64,000 nucleotides of DNA, from positions 5,766,001-5,830,000 of the forward strand of contig JBHGNT010000021.1 in the NCBI GenBank assembly GCA_043228905.1, written 5' to 3'. Made by a program: the position numbers and the translations under genes. Position 1 is the stretch's first letter. Each line of letters starts with the position of its first letter. Under the pieces are notes generated by a model. That model searched no databases, was not told the origin of the DNA, and was given only the letters and a program-made list of their open reading frames with translations. Origin of the DNA: Azolla caroliniana. Lineage: Eukaryota > Plantae > Polypodiophyta. Shown one piece after another: positions 27,529 through 40,800 of the stretch.

Positions 27529-29171
27529 TTGATGTGATTGAAGTCGATTTATAGTAGCCCAATGACAGTGTTTTGGTTGATTATTAAGCCCTTCTAGCTG
27601 ATGGCAATTTTGTTGTGATAGTTTTAGTTAGGTTCCTATGCCAGATTTCTTTGGTGCTCCTAAAATCAATGCAGTGCTAGGCCACCTTATATATGAATGT
27701 TTAGGAAGTTATTTCACATGAAAGGAACTTAGATTTGTTGCAGGTAAAAATATATTGCATGAAATCTTTTCTAGTTTATGTAAAAGACGCCCGTGAAGGT
27801 TTTTAAAGCTTCTCTATTCAAACATGCTAGAAGATGAGATTGGCTAGGCACATCACATAGATAGCAGTCAGTCTCCTGTGAATGTTAACAAGATATCTAT
27901 TTATTTATCCTACTTTTGCAGAACATTCATCTCCAACATAAGATCTTAAACAAATTTCGATTTATTTGAACTCCTAACATAAGACCTCTTTCTTCAATAT
28001 TTGATCATGTTTTATCTTTTAGTCACATTGCATCTGCGAAATTTCAAAATTAGCAGAGAGTCCTTTGAGTATATGAAACAAGATATAGGTGTTCTGGAGT
28101 CCTTAGCCTATCACTTTTCTATGCAACCCCACCCAATATTAGTATAACATCAGTTGCTGTACAAGAGAAAATAATCAAAATATTTATAATTTTACTGGTG
28201 TTTTTTATATTAATTGTACAGGTTGCAGTGACCTTTGAATTATTGATTTTCTCTCCCCTTTTGGTCATATGGTACTGAACATTTATATTCACTATTGAAT
28301 GTTAATATTTTTCACATTGTGATGCACTTCAGTAGAGATGTCACCATAAATAAACTAAAAGTCTCAATCTCATTACAAAAGATGTCTAACTGTAAACACT
28401 TAGTCTCAAACATCATTACTAGCTTAACCAATGCTATTTTGAGCATTTGCTATGGGAAAGCATCTGAACATCATATGATGTCAATTGGCATGCAAAATTG
28501 AAAGAATTTTCATGTTATAAACACACTATAAACCCCTTAATGTAATGAATTCTGGATCATATGCAGATAAAAGTAAAAGTTTATGTAAACCTATTATGTT
28601 GAAGCTATGCTCAGATTTATTCTGTATTCATACTAAGTTTGTTTATGGGTTAATTAAGCTCTTAGTAAAGAAATATAATAACAAAGAAACTATGATAACT
28701 ACTGTTCAACCATATCCTCAAAACATTCAAGGTTGTCATGATGACACTCCTCACTCAACTCGATAACAATGGAATACTGTCATCTCAATCTATATGGTAA
28801 ATCGCTTCACAAACATGTCTAGTGTGTAAATACTGACATTTCTACGAAAAAACAGCTTCACAAAAATGTTTTTACTCATCTTTCTTGTAGGTTTAGAAGT
28901 ACTCATGCAACACAAATCATCAGTAAAGATTTTCAGACACCCTCAATCAAAGGGTGTGAGATTAATGGAGAAAACCTGAAGCTAACACAATACAATGACA
29001 TAGTTCCCTCGGATGGTTTGAGTAATTTCACATATTTCAAGCACATAAGAGCGATTGGATCCCTTGTGTATCTCACAACCAGAGTTGCACATTGAATTTT
29101 TTAATGGATTTTTCCAGAAATTGAAGGGAATTCCATACACCGAGGTAATTCATGCTCAGCTGAACTTGGTA

Positions 29172-32100
29172 TCAAAAATTATCATAAAGGCCCTCCTGCT
29201 CCCAAACATCTACCAGAAAATCAACCATTTCCTGTAACATTGAATGCAGTGAAGCAGTTTGTTATGGCAAACCAAGAAATCCTATATTTTCCAAACTGTC
29301 CAGAAGCACAATGTAAAGTGATGAAAACCAGTTCATCCCTACAAACCCATAAATCTTATGTTCTCCAAACAGTCCTAACTTTCAAATACACATTGTTACA
29401 AAAAAATGTATGTTCTACAGGCAGTCCAAACACAAACAGTTGCCATAAACCAAAAAATAATAGTCTAAAATTTACCGTCAAAGGTATTGGCCTGGGAAAC
29501 TGTCTGCTAGTTGCAAGCAGATCATCATATGTAGTTGCCCAGCTGCAATGCCATTCTATTATTTCAGCTATGGGTACCTAAGGTGTACTGAATGGAAAAA
29601 GAAACAAAACGGATAAATGAAGAAAACGTACCTTAGCACTGGCTCACGTGGTTCTCGATGCCGAGGTTCTGGTCTGTTTCCAACCCATTCTCTCCTCCTA
29701 TCTTGCCAAAGTATGAGAGCTGTAAAGAACCCACAACATACAAATTAACATATATGCAGTAAAGGTTAACAAAAATCCAGCAAAGGCTCTTGAAACAAAT
29801 TTGTCTCGGATAGACTTTGATGACCAAATAAACATTTTAAGTGATGAAAGCAAACTTGTACAAATAAATGAAGAAGACCCACAGAACTTCAGATAAGACA
29901 GTGTAATATGTGATATAAAACGTAATATATAAAGCAATTAGCATTATTCAAGCAATCCGTACAATAACATAAAAAACAATAATGTATAAAAATGAATTTA
30001 TCAAAGAACCATTGGAGGATAATGAGCTTATTTAATAATTTTATAGTTTGTGATTTTTCCTAGTTGTGTTACAGCCCCTTCTAAGTTCTTAGGGTTCTTT
30101 TGAAAAGCTTCTTTCATACATGTTTGTTCTCTTCAAGTGGTGATACAACTCTCCTTAATGGTTATGTCCAAATATGCATGTCAGCCTAAGCTGGCACCTT
30201 TTTTATATTCTCTGCAACCCATCACTGATGACACCATAGTGTATATTCACATCATGCAGTTACCATGTTAAAAATAAAATGACGTTCTCATGTTATAATG
30301 ACGTTAGTATCACCAAATGGGTTAAGCCTAAACTATCCTCATTCTTGAAAGAGAAAGATATATATTACAAAATTGCTCCTTACCATGAATTTGCAGCCAA
30401 TGTTGTCTTTATTTATTTATACTCTTGTATAGATAACCTTACAAACAAACATGCTCCAAACGAATTATAAACACAGTTGCCAACAATTGTGGGGGCAGAA
30501 GTTTCAAAATAGGAAGAAATATGACTGTTTAAACAGGGCATAAATTAATGAGGCTAACATGAGATAATGAGAAATGACTAAGGTGATTTCAAAAATGAAA
30601 TGCTCTTAGTATGGAAATACAATTATGCCAAATAAAACATTCCGGAATTGAGGAAACACCTTGGATTGCACATGTTCACATGCTGAATCAGACGAATGGA
30701 AAGATAAATAAGTAAGTACATATATTTACGTACAGAAACCGACATACACATTTATGCATAAATACTAATACAAAACAAGACAGAAACCAAATTCACATGC
30801 AAATCTTATTAAACCTAAAACCCTTTAACATAACATTAAAAAATGGAATATTCCCATTGCCACATTTGGAAAAGCATGAAGATGCAAATACCCAAAAAAA
30901 ACCTTCTTAACCCAAGCATTGGTATAGAATCCACAGCTGATGATTGAATTTTACCGTGATTAACAAATGTGGTGCCATTGGCAGTATTATTATTCGAATT
31001 TCTGCCATCCTGAGTAGTACCAATGCCACTAACAGAAGAATTGCTTCGTTGTGATGATCTCGAGTTGGTAAAATTGTTGTCCATCTCATCAGAACTTGTA
31101 ACCCACCACTCTCTACGTGAAAGACTATAGCCACGGGATTCTCTTCTTGAAATATGCCTTCTTGAAGATCTCTCGTGTCTCCTTGAAGATCTCTCGTGTC
31201 TCCTTGAAGATCTTTCGTGTCTTCTCGAAGACCTTTCTACAGCTGCATCAGATGTAGTTTTTGCACATCCTCCAAGACAGCCACTGTTCTGTGGTAAGGC
31301 CCAACACGTGAGCAAAAACACTCAATTTTAAAACATTCAAGCAATATCTCAATCAGTGCAGACAGAATTTGGCTAAGGATGTCAGGATTACTAAAGGGGA
31401 AAACTACAAAATGTCCCAGAGTTTCTCATTATTTCCTTAGATGCCCCAAAGTTTTCATGTGGCTTTAATTCAAATGGACCATTTATTCTTTTTGGCTTGC
31501 TGAATGGTTCATTTATGATTTCTAACCCAAATAGACAGAAACAGAGTTGAAGCACCCTCAGTTTGGAAATACAGAATTTCATGTGGCTTTAATTCAAATG
31601 GACCATTTATTCTTTTTGGCTTGCTGAATGGTTCATTTATGATTTCTAACCCAAATAGACAGAAACAGAGTTGAAGCACCCTCAGTTTGGAAATACAGAA
31701 TTTTCCATAATCAATCGAGTTATGAGTGGATGACATGAGCAGTATAGCTACCTCCTAATAGAGGTACATCGATCTAAAAACCTATCTGATCTATTGAAGA
31801 TCAGGTTTTTTCTTTATATTGTCCAATCGGAAATAGAGGGGCTCGAACCCTCACAGTTTAAAAAACAAATGGGTTTTCTTTCTACCGCATTGTTATACTC
31901 ACTGAACATGCAGAATGGGACCATCTTTATTTACAAAAAAGCTATTGATTGCTGTCGAGAGGCTTTAACCAAGGTCAATACGATGAAACAATGAAAATTA
32001 TGGGGCATTCAGAGAAAAAGTACAACTCTGGTGTATTTCAGGGTTCCTCGGATCAGACCAACACATTCATGAAATATGAACCTAATATATGGAAACATGT

Positions 32101-33239
32101 GCATAGAATCTAGATCATTCATGCATTACAGCATCAAGAACATTAAAAGAAATGCATTTGCTGAGAATCAGACCCCATGCACACGAATCGCTCTGTAAAG
32201 ATGCTTGTGTGACCCAAAGAACACGTGCTCCAATCACTATGATTCCACAAATCTTTCATCATCAAGGAGGCACATTGCTTAACCTGACAGCAATCAATGT
32301 AGATAAATGTCTGAACAGGTCGACAGGTCCCCTCTGCTTTATGTGGACGAAATTCACTGCAAGAAAAGCCAAATATTATCACCATTCTAAGATGCATTGC
32401 CTGAGCATAGAATTAGGTATGCTTGCAAATAGCAAGGCATGATAGAGCATTCTACTTCAAACTTCGATTTTTGCAATCTTTTTACCACTATTAGTTTCGA
32501 AATTCAGACAAAGTGAATGATTTTTTTGAGGACTTATCCTCAGCATATGTTTTATACGACATTTTCCACATCCTCTGTTTTATTTATCATGCATCGGTTA
32601 AATAAAGAACAAAGCAGACATAGTTCCCCAGTCTATTTTACTATATACAAATACAAATATAGAATTCCATGGATCTGTTCATAATATATATATATATATA
32701 TACATGTATATACATATACGCACAGACATTTAGGAATCTAGGAGGATCATAGATGATACACGCACGCGGCATAAGGATATGAAGCCAAAATTTACAACAA
32801 GATATAAATATACAGAAGACGGATCTTTCACCCATTGACTTTCAAAAGGAATTAAAACGCAGAGGTTTTACCTGAAACTATAGATCTTCCAGTGGTGAGA
32901 CAGACGCTCAATTAGACAATATTCAATGGCAAATCAAAATATAGCCACAAGAAGACATTAACGATTTCAGATAGAAACAACAAGAAGCATAAACACAACG
33001 CTTCAACTAGACCTACAGATCTTTCAGCCATAAGATTGAGCTCAACTAAACTGTATCCAAAGATGGAGCTCTGTGGGAGGAAACGGTTGTTAATGAGTCC
33101 AAATAGAACCACAAGATGCGATAATGCGCTGAGATTTAGCATAAATATATACCATTGAAGGGAAAACAAGGAAGAAGCAGATGAAAGTGGAAGTCAAATA
33201 AGCAACAGACCTCCAAGTCTTGAGCTTCGTTACCTGCAT
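29172..33239 (-). CDS. DUF4050 (Gag1-like clamp domain) family protein
   Basis: Exons 31288-30955, 29719-29632, 29542-29476 and 29231-29172 give GCLGGC...TFVNHALILWQDRRREWVG...REPVLSWATTYDDLLATSRQFPRPIPLTEMVDFLVDVWEQEGLYDNF*, the plant DUF4050 signature. The start is inferred from ATG CAG|GTAAC at 33239-33234 and is uncertain. Confidence 0.85.
31454..31703. repeat. Tandem duplication, 2 x 124 bp, in a DUF4050 intron
   Basis: atgtggctttaattcaaatggacc...ggaaatacagaattt begins at 31457 and again at 31581. Confidence 0.93.
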
Positions 33240-33413
33240 GAAGAAGAAATGCCAAATATAGTGCTACCTATTGGTTGTTTTTCTGAAGGCAAATTACAAC
33301 CTACAGATCCTTTACTACGTCAGGAAGGTACTTAATATGCGATCTGTAAAGAGTCAAATTTTAGGCCAAAAGGCAATGGGAGGAGGGGAAGAAAGAAAGA
33401 AACGTTCGAAGCG

Positions 33414-33445
<32 letters not shown>

Positions 33446-33791
33446 GGGAAGGGAAGACTTACATGGACGAAAGGGGGAGAAAGAGAACTTACATGATATG
33501 ATAGAAATTGAGGAAGCTCCGCAGATCTGAGCGTGGGCGAGAGAAAGATGAAGAATACGTTTCTTTCTTTGCTGTGTTTCTGATACCCACAGCCTGCTCT
33601 TCTTCTTCTTCTTCTTCTTCTTCTACATCAGTCTCCACTCTCCCCTGCTCCTCTGTTTCTCTATCTTTTTATATATACACAACACATATGTATATCTCTC
33701 TGTCTTTTGTGTAATCCATCTGTCTCTCTCTCTCTCTGTGAAAATATCTCTTGAAAACTCATCCTCATCCTCTCAGCTTGCTTTGCCTCCT

Positions 33792-34195
33792 ACATGTATG
33801 TATGTATGTATGTATGTATGTATGTATGTATGCAATGCTTGTATGTATGTGTATGTATATACGTATGTATGTATGTATACAATGCTTGTATGTATGTCTG
33901 TATCCATGCATGTATATATGCAATGCTTGTATGTTTGTATGTATGTATGTATGTATGTAATGCTTGTATGTATGTATACAATGCTTGTATGTATGTCTGT
34001 ATCCATGCATGTATATATGCAATGCTTGTATGTTTGTATGTATGTATGTATACAATGCTTGTATGTTTGTATGTATGTATGTATACAATGCTTGTATGTA
34101 TGTATGCATTGCTTGTATGTATGTATGTATGTAATGTATGTACGCCTGTATGCATGCATGTATATATGCAATGCTTGTATGTACGTATGTGTGTG
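33792..34195. repeat. (TATG)n satellite with recurring CAATGCTTG units
   Basis: Visible directly, with higher-order units such as caatgcttgtatgtatgtctgtatccatgcatgtatatatg present twice. It explains the YVCM/TYIH ORFs. Confidence 0.9.
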
Positions 34196-35815
34196 TTGTT
34201 CTTCTATCCCTCGTGCAATGTTACCTCCCGCCCCTGCCCGACGATATGCATGTAGTTGTAGCATCTTTTGAAACCCCACCACCTTATGAGCATGAAAGCC
34301 TACCTTTGAGTGTACTCTTACATGTCTTCCTTGCCCCCCCCCCCCCCCCCCCCTTCCCTTTTCCAATCACCCATAATGGTATTCACTAAATGCACCCAAT
34401 GTTATTGTGGCGACATCATTTACTACACCATCGTGTTTCAACCATGACTATGATGAATGACCATGGATCAACCCACTCCTAAGTAGACGAAGGAAGAAGT
34501 CATTGTCTCTGGCCTTGACTAACACTTTGAAATGTTTCCTTTAACCATCGAAACAACTTGTCAATTTGAACTTTGTTCTCTGCATCATCCCTTACGTGCT
34601 CTCATAGAACATTAGATAAACCCACTATTACGAGGCATATCAATGCAATTTTCCTCCTCTTTGATTTATATAGTTGTCTTTATCCTTGTGGACTTTTTCC
34701 AATGGGCCCCACCTCTAAGGGCATTCCATACCACTTTATACATGGTCATGGGGAGTTATAGAGATTCTTCTACACATGCATATTTGTGAACGAACCTAGA
34801 TATTGTAGACAAGGTATCTCAATGAGGTTGAAGATGGCTCTCCTAATGATATATCATTTTCCAAAAAAATGGATTGATTGGATGTCATACCAAAGAGAGG
34901 ATACCAAGTTAGACAAGATTATGTTGCACTCTTGCACCATATGTATGTATTACATATGGTAGTTTGAACACAATGACCCTTGGAGTCATAGCTTGAATGA
35001 CTTCTAGTTGAATGGGGTCCCTTATGACCCCTCCTCCTCCCCAATGTCTTATGAATCTTCCAACCTGATTTGAAAAGAGTGTTTACATCACATCTCAACT
35101 TTTAGTACTAAAAAACATCAAGCATTGTCTAGGATCACATCATCGAGTATAAGGATATCTAGAGAAAACTTAACTTTAATTAAACATAAAAAGAGTCACA
35201 ATATTTTTAGAGGGTCATAAATTTGAATGTTCATCTATTCTAATTTTTATGATGTATGCATTCAAATGCATCATAAGGTGAGAGACATTTGTGTGTATAT
35301 TTTTTATACAAATTAGGATTTATTGTGTCTAAATACTATGTAACAAGGAGTCAAGTGAGTTGTGATTTGAAGAGTTTAAGGCTAGGTATAAGTTCACATG
35401 TTAGATTTTTTGTGATCGGAAGGATATAAGAAGTGGTCAATATTTATTTTTATTTTTTCCCCAAAAATTTACTACTTCCATTACTTAATTCAATGTACAT
35501 AGGATTAGGGCCTAAATTTGACGGGCTAGTATCAAAGTTTTTTGACGGGCATTTTTAAAGATGTATGTCATATGACATAATATTGCAAAAACTAACATGT
35601 CATTTGACATACAAATTTTAAAAATGAAAAGCTCTATATATAATGCTACATTGTTATAGATGTTATTACTATAACACAAATAAACATAACTACCTGACAA
35701 AGATAATGAAATACATAAAATAAATATCATGTTAATGTTTTCACTATTAAGTATGAAGACAAGGTTATTTTTTTGAAAAAAAGAAGCTATTTTTTTGGAA
35801 ATAAAATGGTTATTT

Positions 35816-37005
35816 TAGGGAAGTCGCTCATCAAAGGACGACAACGGAGAAATGGACATGCTACACGGAGGAGGGCTATTTGCTCCCAAGAGGTAGGGAC
35901 ACACCAGACAGGATTGAAGGCTTTGAACTGCAGGACAACGAGGCATCAACAAAACGTAAGGCAATTCGAGTACTAACATATACTAGGCATAAATGGATTG
36001 TAGATCTTGATCCGATCAAAGTACAACTAGATTGGCACATATGTACTCATGAAAACACATGGCTACGTAAGGTCAGTTGGGACCCATTGCAATGGACATG
36101 GTGTGATCCTTACGCGGGGCAAAGAAGCAAACCTATCCCTTTCTTTCAATTCACAACTAGACTGGGTCACCATATTATATTTGCTCAATTTGTCTGAGAT
36201 CCGACAGCTGCAAAGGTTTAGAAAACATATCATGTTCCTAACACAATTATCACCAAGTTTTGGCAAAAACTCTGGAAACAACAACACGCGAGGCGAATCA
36301 CCACTTTCCAATGGCTATTAATACATAAGTCACTACCGGTTGGTGCATTGCAACGTGGGAACCTCAACTCTCCTAATTGTGTAGCGTGTCCAACTGTAGT
36401 AGAATCAATACGACACACTCTATGGGACTGCCCAGAGTCCCATCGAATATGGCGGGGGGGTTGGCCGCTTATTGCAATTATGCCAGGTGCAAGGCTCAAT
36501 CAAGTAGGGGAATGTATATTGGCTATCATGGCAGGCCCCAATTAACAAATATGCGCATCAACATCAGGAAGAGGGGATGACTTTGGTTATAAAAGCATAA
36601 AAGGTTTTTTTCTCCACCATTGATAATGTCCACTCAACTCCTATCAATGCCAAATATCAAGTTGTGTTGGAATTGGTCAGCCCAATAACTCTTTGGATTC
36701 TATGGAAACAACGGTGTAGACGGGTCTTTTCCAACCAAACCGTGTAGCCAATAGTGTTAATGCAAGAGATATGGAGTGACGTGATAACCACTCTAAAGAG
36801 CCAATATGATGGCCTCAAGGGTGACTCTGATGTAGTTGAAAGACAACGACTAACCTTCATCCAACAATGGTCGTCCTCCCCCTTTATTGAGTCGGTGGGC
36901 ATCCACATAAGATGGACCTATCGTGTCCCTACAGGGATTTGTATATACTAATCTCATCTGTAAAATTTTATAACTAATGGAAGGAGTTTTTTTTTGGAAA
37001 AATAA
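35816..37005 (+). mobile_element. 5'-truncated L1-type LINE (3' ~1.2 kb, zf-RVT region)
   Basis: Clearly homologous to ~46285-47458 (KFWQKLWKQQHARRITTFQWLLIHKSLP, C..C...ESIRHTLWDC). Ends in ggaaggag-T9-gg and an A-rich tail. Probable TSD aataaaatggttatt (~35800) and aataaaaaggttatt (~37008), one mismatch. Confidence 0.88.
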
Positions 37006-37832
37006 AAATAAAAAGGTTATTGTATCGAAAAAGAAGTTTAGTAAAAAATTAAGTTTTAACTTAAAACTTAAAACTTAAAACATTAAAATCAATAGCGGAG
37101 TTCCGACGACCTCAATCTCCTTTCCACTCTTGCTTTCGACTCAGGAAGATTGGTCGAAATCCAAGATTAAAGATATGTTATGTAGCCAAGCAGCGTGCTT
37201 TGTAGCACAAATAAGAGATGAAGAGCTCATGAATGAACTAAAGCAACATTGGCATAACACTAAATTCTGGTGCACCATGGATGAAGAGGACCCCCATCTT
37301 TGCCACATCCACCTGCGGACTATCATAAACACCCAACTAACTCCAAGCTTTGTCTATTTCTATGAGAAGCATGAAGGGGCGATTGAAGCCCACAAGATAG
37401 CCCACAAACTCCACTCATGGATGTGGACCACTATTCCATCCTTGGAAATGTCTGGATGTCTAAATGGTGAGTGCTCCCCACTCACGACCTGTTGTACAAA
37501 GCACCAGGCACAACTGGCAACCTCCCACCCCATTCCATGAGTATGAAGATTATAACATGGAATGTGCAAGGACTCAGAAGTAGACTAGACCAACAAAATA
37601 GATGGAAACTAAGAAGGGATCTTGAAGAACATTTACTAGGGAGTGGTGCTGACATCATCATGTTGCAGGAACACCACCTCGATAGCACACAATTACAGGA
37701 AGTCGGAGACCTTCTACCAGGATCATGGCGAACGATTTGGGAGCCAACAATTGGGGAGGATGGAAATCATGGTGGTATTTGCACTTTGATTCGGGAACAT
37801 CTAGCCCAAGGCTTAATACACCAAGAATCACT

Positions 37833-40800
37833 TGTCGAATACAAATGTATAATGGACGTATTCACACTATCCTCTTAGAGAGCCCAAGTTCAGGCTATTT
37901 CTGTAAATAACATAAAGGGCAGTTGCCCTAAGTGAGTCACTATATAAAGTGACTTTGTAACCTTTTGTAAAGTTTTTTTTTGGTTGTTCATTGTTGTAGT
38001 TGTTGCCCTTTTATGAATATAGATATATTCTTTGTGCATCTCGTTCTCTCTCTCTCTCTCTATGTGCGTCTTTGTTCTTGCCTTTCTCATACACAGGTAT
38101 TTCTTCCTCACAGTTTCATACTGTGTGATCTCTTCCGCACAGACGGCCTTGTTCATCCCCTACATTTGGTATCAGAGCTTGGATGTCCTTCATCCCGCTG
38201 TCGGCCGCCATTCGAATCTTTGGATCACAACATTCTGTTTTTTTTTTCTTTCTATTTTGTATTTGAAGAAACAGAGAAGAGAGAAGAAGAAGAAAAACGA
38301 GGCTTGCATCTCATCGCGTTAGATCATCTTCGCTTGGAGTAAGCCAGCCGGCTGTACTCTGTTCCTCGTGATCGTAACCGCTCGAGGTGAAATCCCCTTG
38401 TGCAACATTGACACGATCGTGCTCCACTCGGTTAAACGGCATCCGAACAAGTCACCGAACGCTGCTCGCCGCCCATTGTAACCACTCGGTGCAGATCGGT
38501 CTCAAGACAACAACCCCAATTCGTGCTTCATCCGGCTGTTCGACATTCGGGAGGATCAATTGGATCCGTCTCTCTCGTCACTGCAGCCACCCGAAGCAAA
38601 ATCGGTCCAGACAATCGGTATTTGGCATATATATCCGGAAGCGAACCGGGCTCACTCCGACTCAGCAACATTCAGGGAGACCAGTCGGTTATGTCCCTCA
38701 AGTTACCAGAGTCAATTCGAGCAAGTTCAACAATACATATATCCAAAACCGAACCGACTCGGGTTCAAATCCGACTAGAACGATATCGGGTGAACCGATC
38801 GGTTGCACTCCAACAAAGTTCGTAGTCAACTCCGAACCCAGCTTTGTCAACCGAAACCGAATCTGATGGCATCAACATCCTGCTCATCGGAAATGAGTCT
38901 AAGGAGGTTCGACGGTTCGAACTTCAATTTTTGGAAGGAGCAAATGCAGGACTATCTTATAGTCAAGGGTCAGATCAATCCGATTGAGAATGAAACTGCT
39001 CCAGAAATATACAAGGCAAATGAGTGGCAGAAGCTGGACAGAATCGTCCGCGCCACGATTCGGATGCACTTGTCGGAGTCAATGTACTTCACAGTGCAAT
39101 CGTGCACGACAACCTTCGAACTTTGGAAGAAGTTGTCGGAAACCTACGAAAAGAAGGTCGCCTCAACAAAGATGTATTTGATCCGGTGCCTCTACAACTT
39201 GCGAATGAAAGACTCTAATTCGGTTCAGGCACACCTTAACGAGTACGAAAGTTTGAGCTCCCAAATCTCGTCACAGGGGACGACAATCGAGGATGAACTC
39301 AGAGCAATGATACTCATGAGCAATCTCCCCTCCTCTTGGGAAACCTTCGTTACAACTGTGTGCAACGCTTCTACGACTACCATCAAGTACTCCGAAGTCA
39401 CAAGTGCAATCCTGACTGAAGCAGCTCAGAGAAAGTTTTTCACCAAAGACTCGGCAGAAGAAGCCTATGTAGTACAAGGTTCGACCGACCGATCGAACAA
39501 CCAGGGAAGAAGCTCTTCCCGATCGCCAACAAATCAGCGAAGCCGCAGCAAGTCCCGGGAAACCCGAATCTGCAACTACTGCAAGAAACCGGGACATATC
39601 AAGGCCGATTGTCGGGTACTCAAGTCAAGGACAGACAAAGCTCAGAGAGCTGATCAGAGGAGTAACCGGCATGAGGAAGTCAACTACATCGGCTCTTCAG
39701 CCGAGATATTGACGACCGACCCGAACATATTGTCCATAGAGAATCCAGTCGAATCAGAAGTTCTGCTTACGATTGAGGAATCGAGCACATGGCTTCTGGA
39801 CTCGGGCGCGTCGTATCACGTGACACCTCACCGATCACAGTTTCGGCAATATTCGGACCGGCACTCCGACTCAGTTCGGGTCGGAAATTCACAGCACTGT
39901 GCTATCATCGAAATCGGCACCGTAGAGCTCAACCTTTCGGGTGGCTCTACACTCGTACTACACAACGTCCGACACGTTCCTGAGCTCTCACGGCCCTTGA
40001 TCTCAGTTGGACAACTTGATGAAGTTGGCATCCGTGCTGGTTTCTCATCAGGAGGGTGGACACTCCACAGAGGGAACCTCCTGCTTGCTAGAGGACCAAA
40101 GGTACACTCATTGTACCCTTTGTATGTCACACTTAGAGAGGGTGACTTATTTCTGGTAGATATCCCTGTGTCATCCTTATGGCATGGACGACTTAGACAC
40201 CTCAGCAAGGCCGGCATCACGCACCTATCCAGAGCCGGATACATCCCGAAACTCTCCTTCTCAGACCATCAGTTTTGCGAGCATTGCCAGTACGGCAAAC
40301 AGGTAGCTGCATCACACCCGATATCAGAACCAAGAGAGTTGAGCCCGTTTGATTTGGTCCACTCGGACGTATGTGGCCCGATGCCACATTAGTCACTCGG
40401 TGGTGCCTCGTACTTCGTCAGTTTCATTGACGACTCGACTCGGAAGGTGTGGGCTTACCCCATCAGAACCAAAGATCGGGTGTTCTCGATCTTCTCAGAT
40501 TGGCTCGCAATGATCAAAAACCAGACCGGTCGGAAATTGAAGTGCCTCCGAACCGACAATGGAGGTGAGTTCAAACTTCAAATCTGATGAGTTCGTCAAA
40601 TTTTGCCGAGAACGCGGCATTAGACGTGAATATACGACACCATATAGTCCGGAGCAGAACGGAATTGCAGAACGCATGAATCGGACAATTCAAGAACACG
40701 TTGTATCCATGCTCCAACACTCCGGACTGTCGGATGGCTTATGGGCAGAGGCTCTACTCACGGCAGTACACATAATCAATATGTCGCCAAGTAGACCTCT

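Noticed and set aside
34334-34353. Poly-C run of about 20 nt (possible G-quadruplex on the minus strand)
   Set aside because: It is a simple homopolymer with no supporting context.
38387-38866. 159-aa ORF upstream of Copia gag, a possible extra gene
   Set aside because: It has a non-ATG start and no recognisable motif, and lies in a GC-rich leader where stops are scarce.
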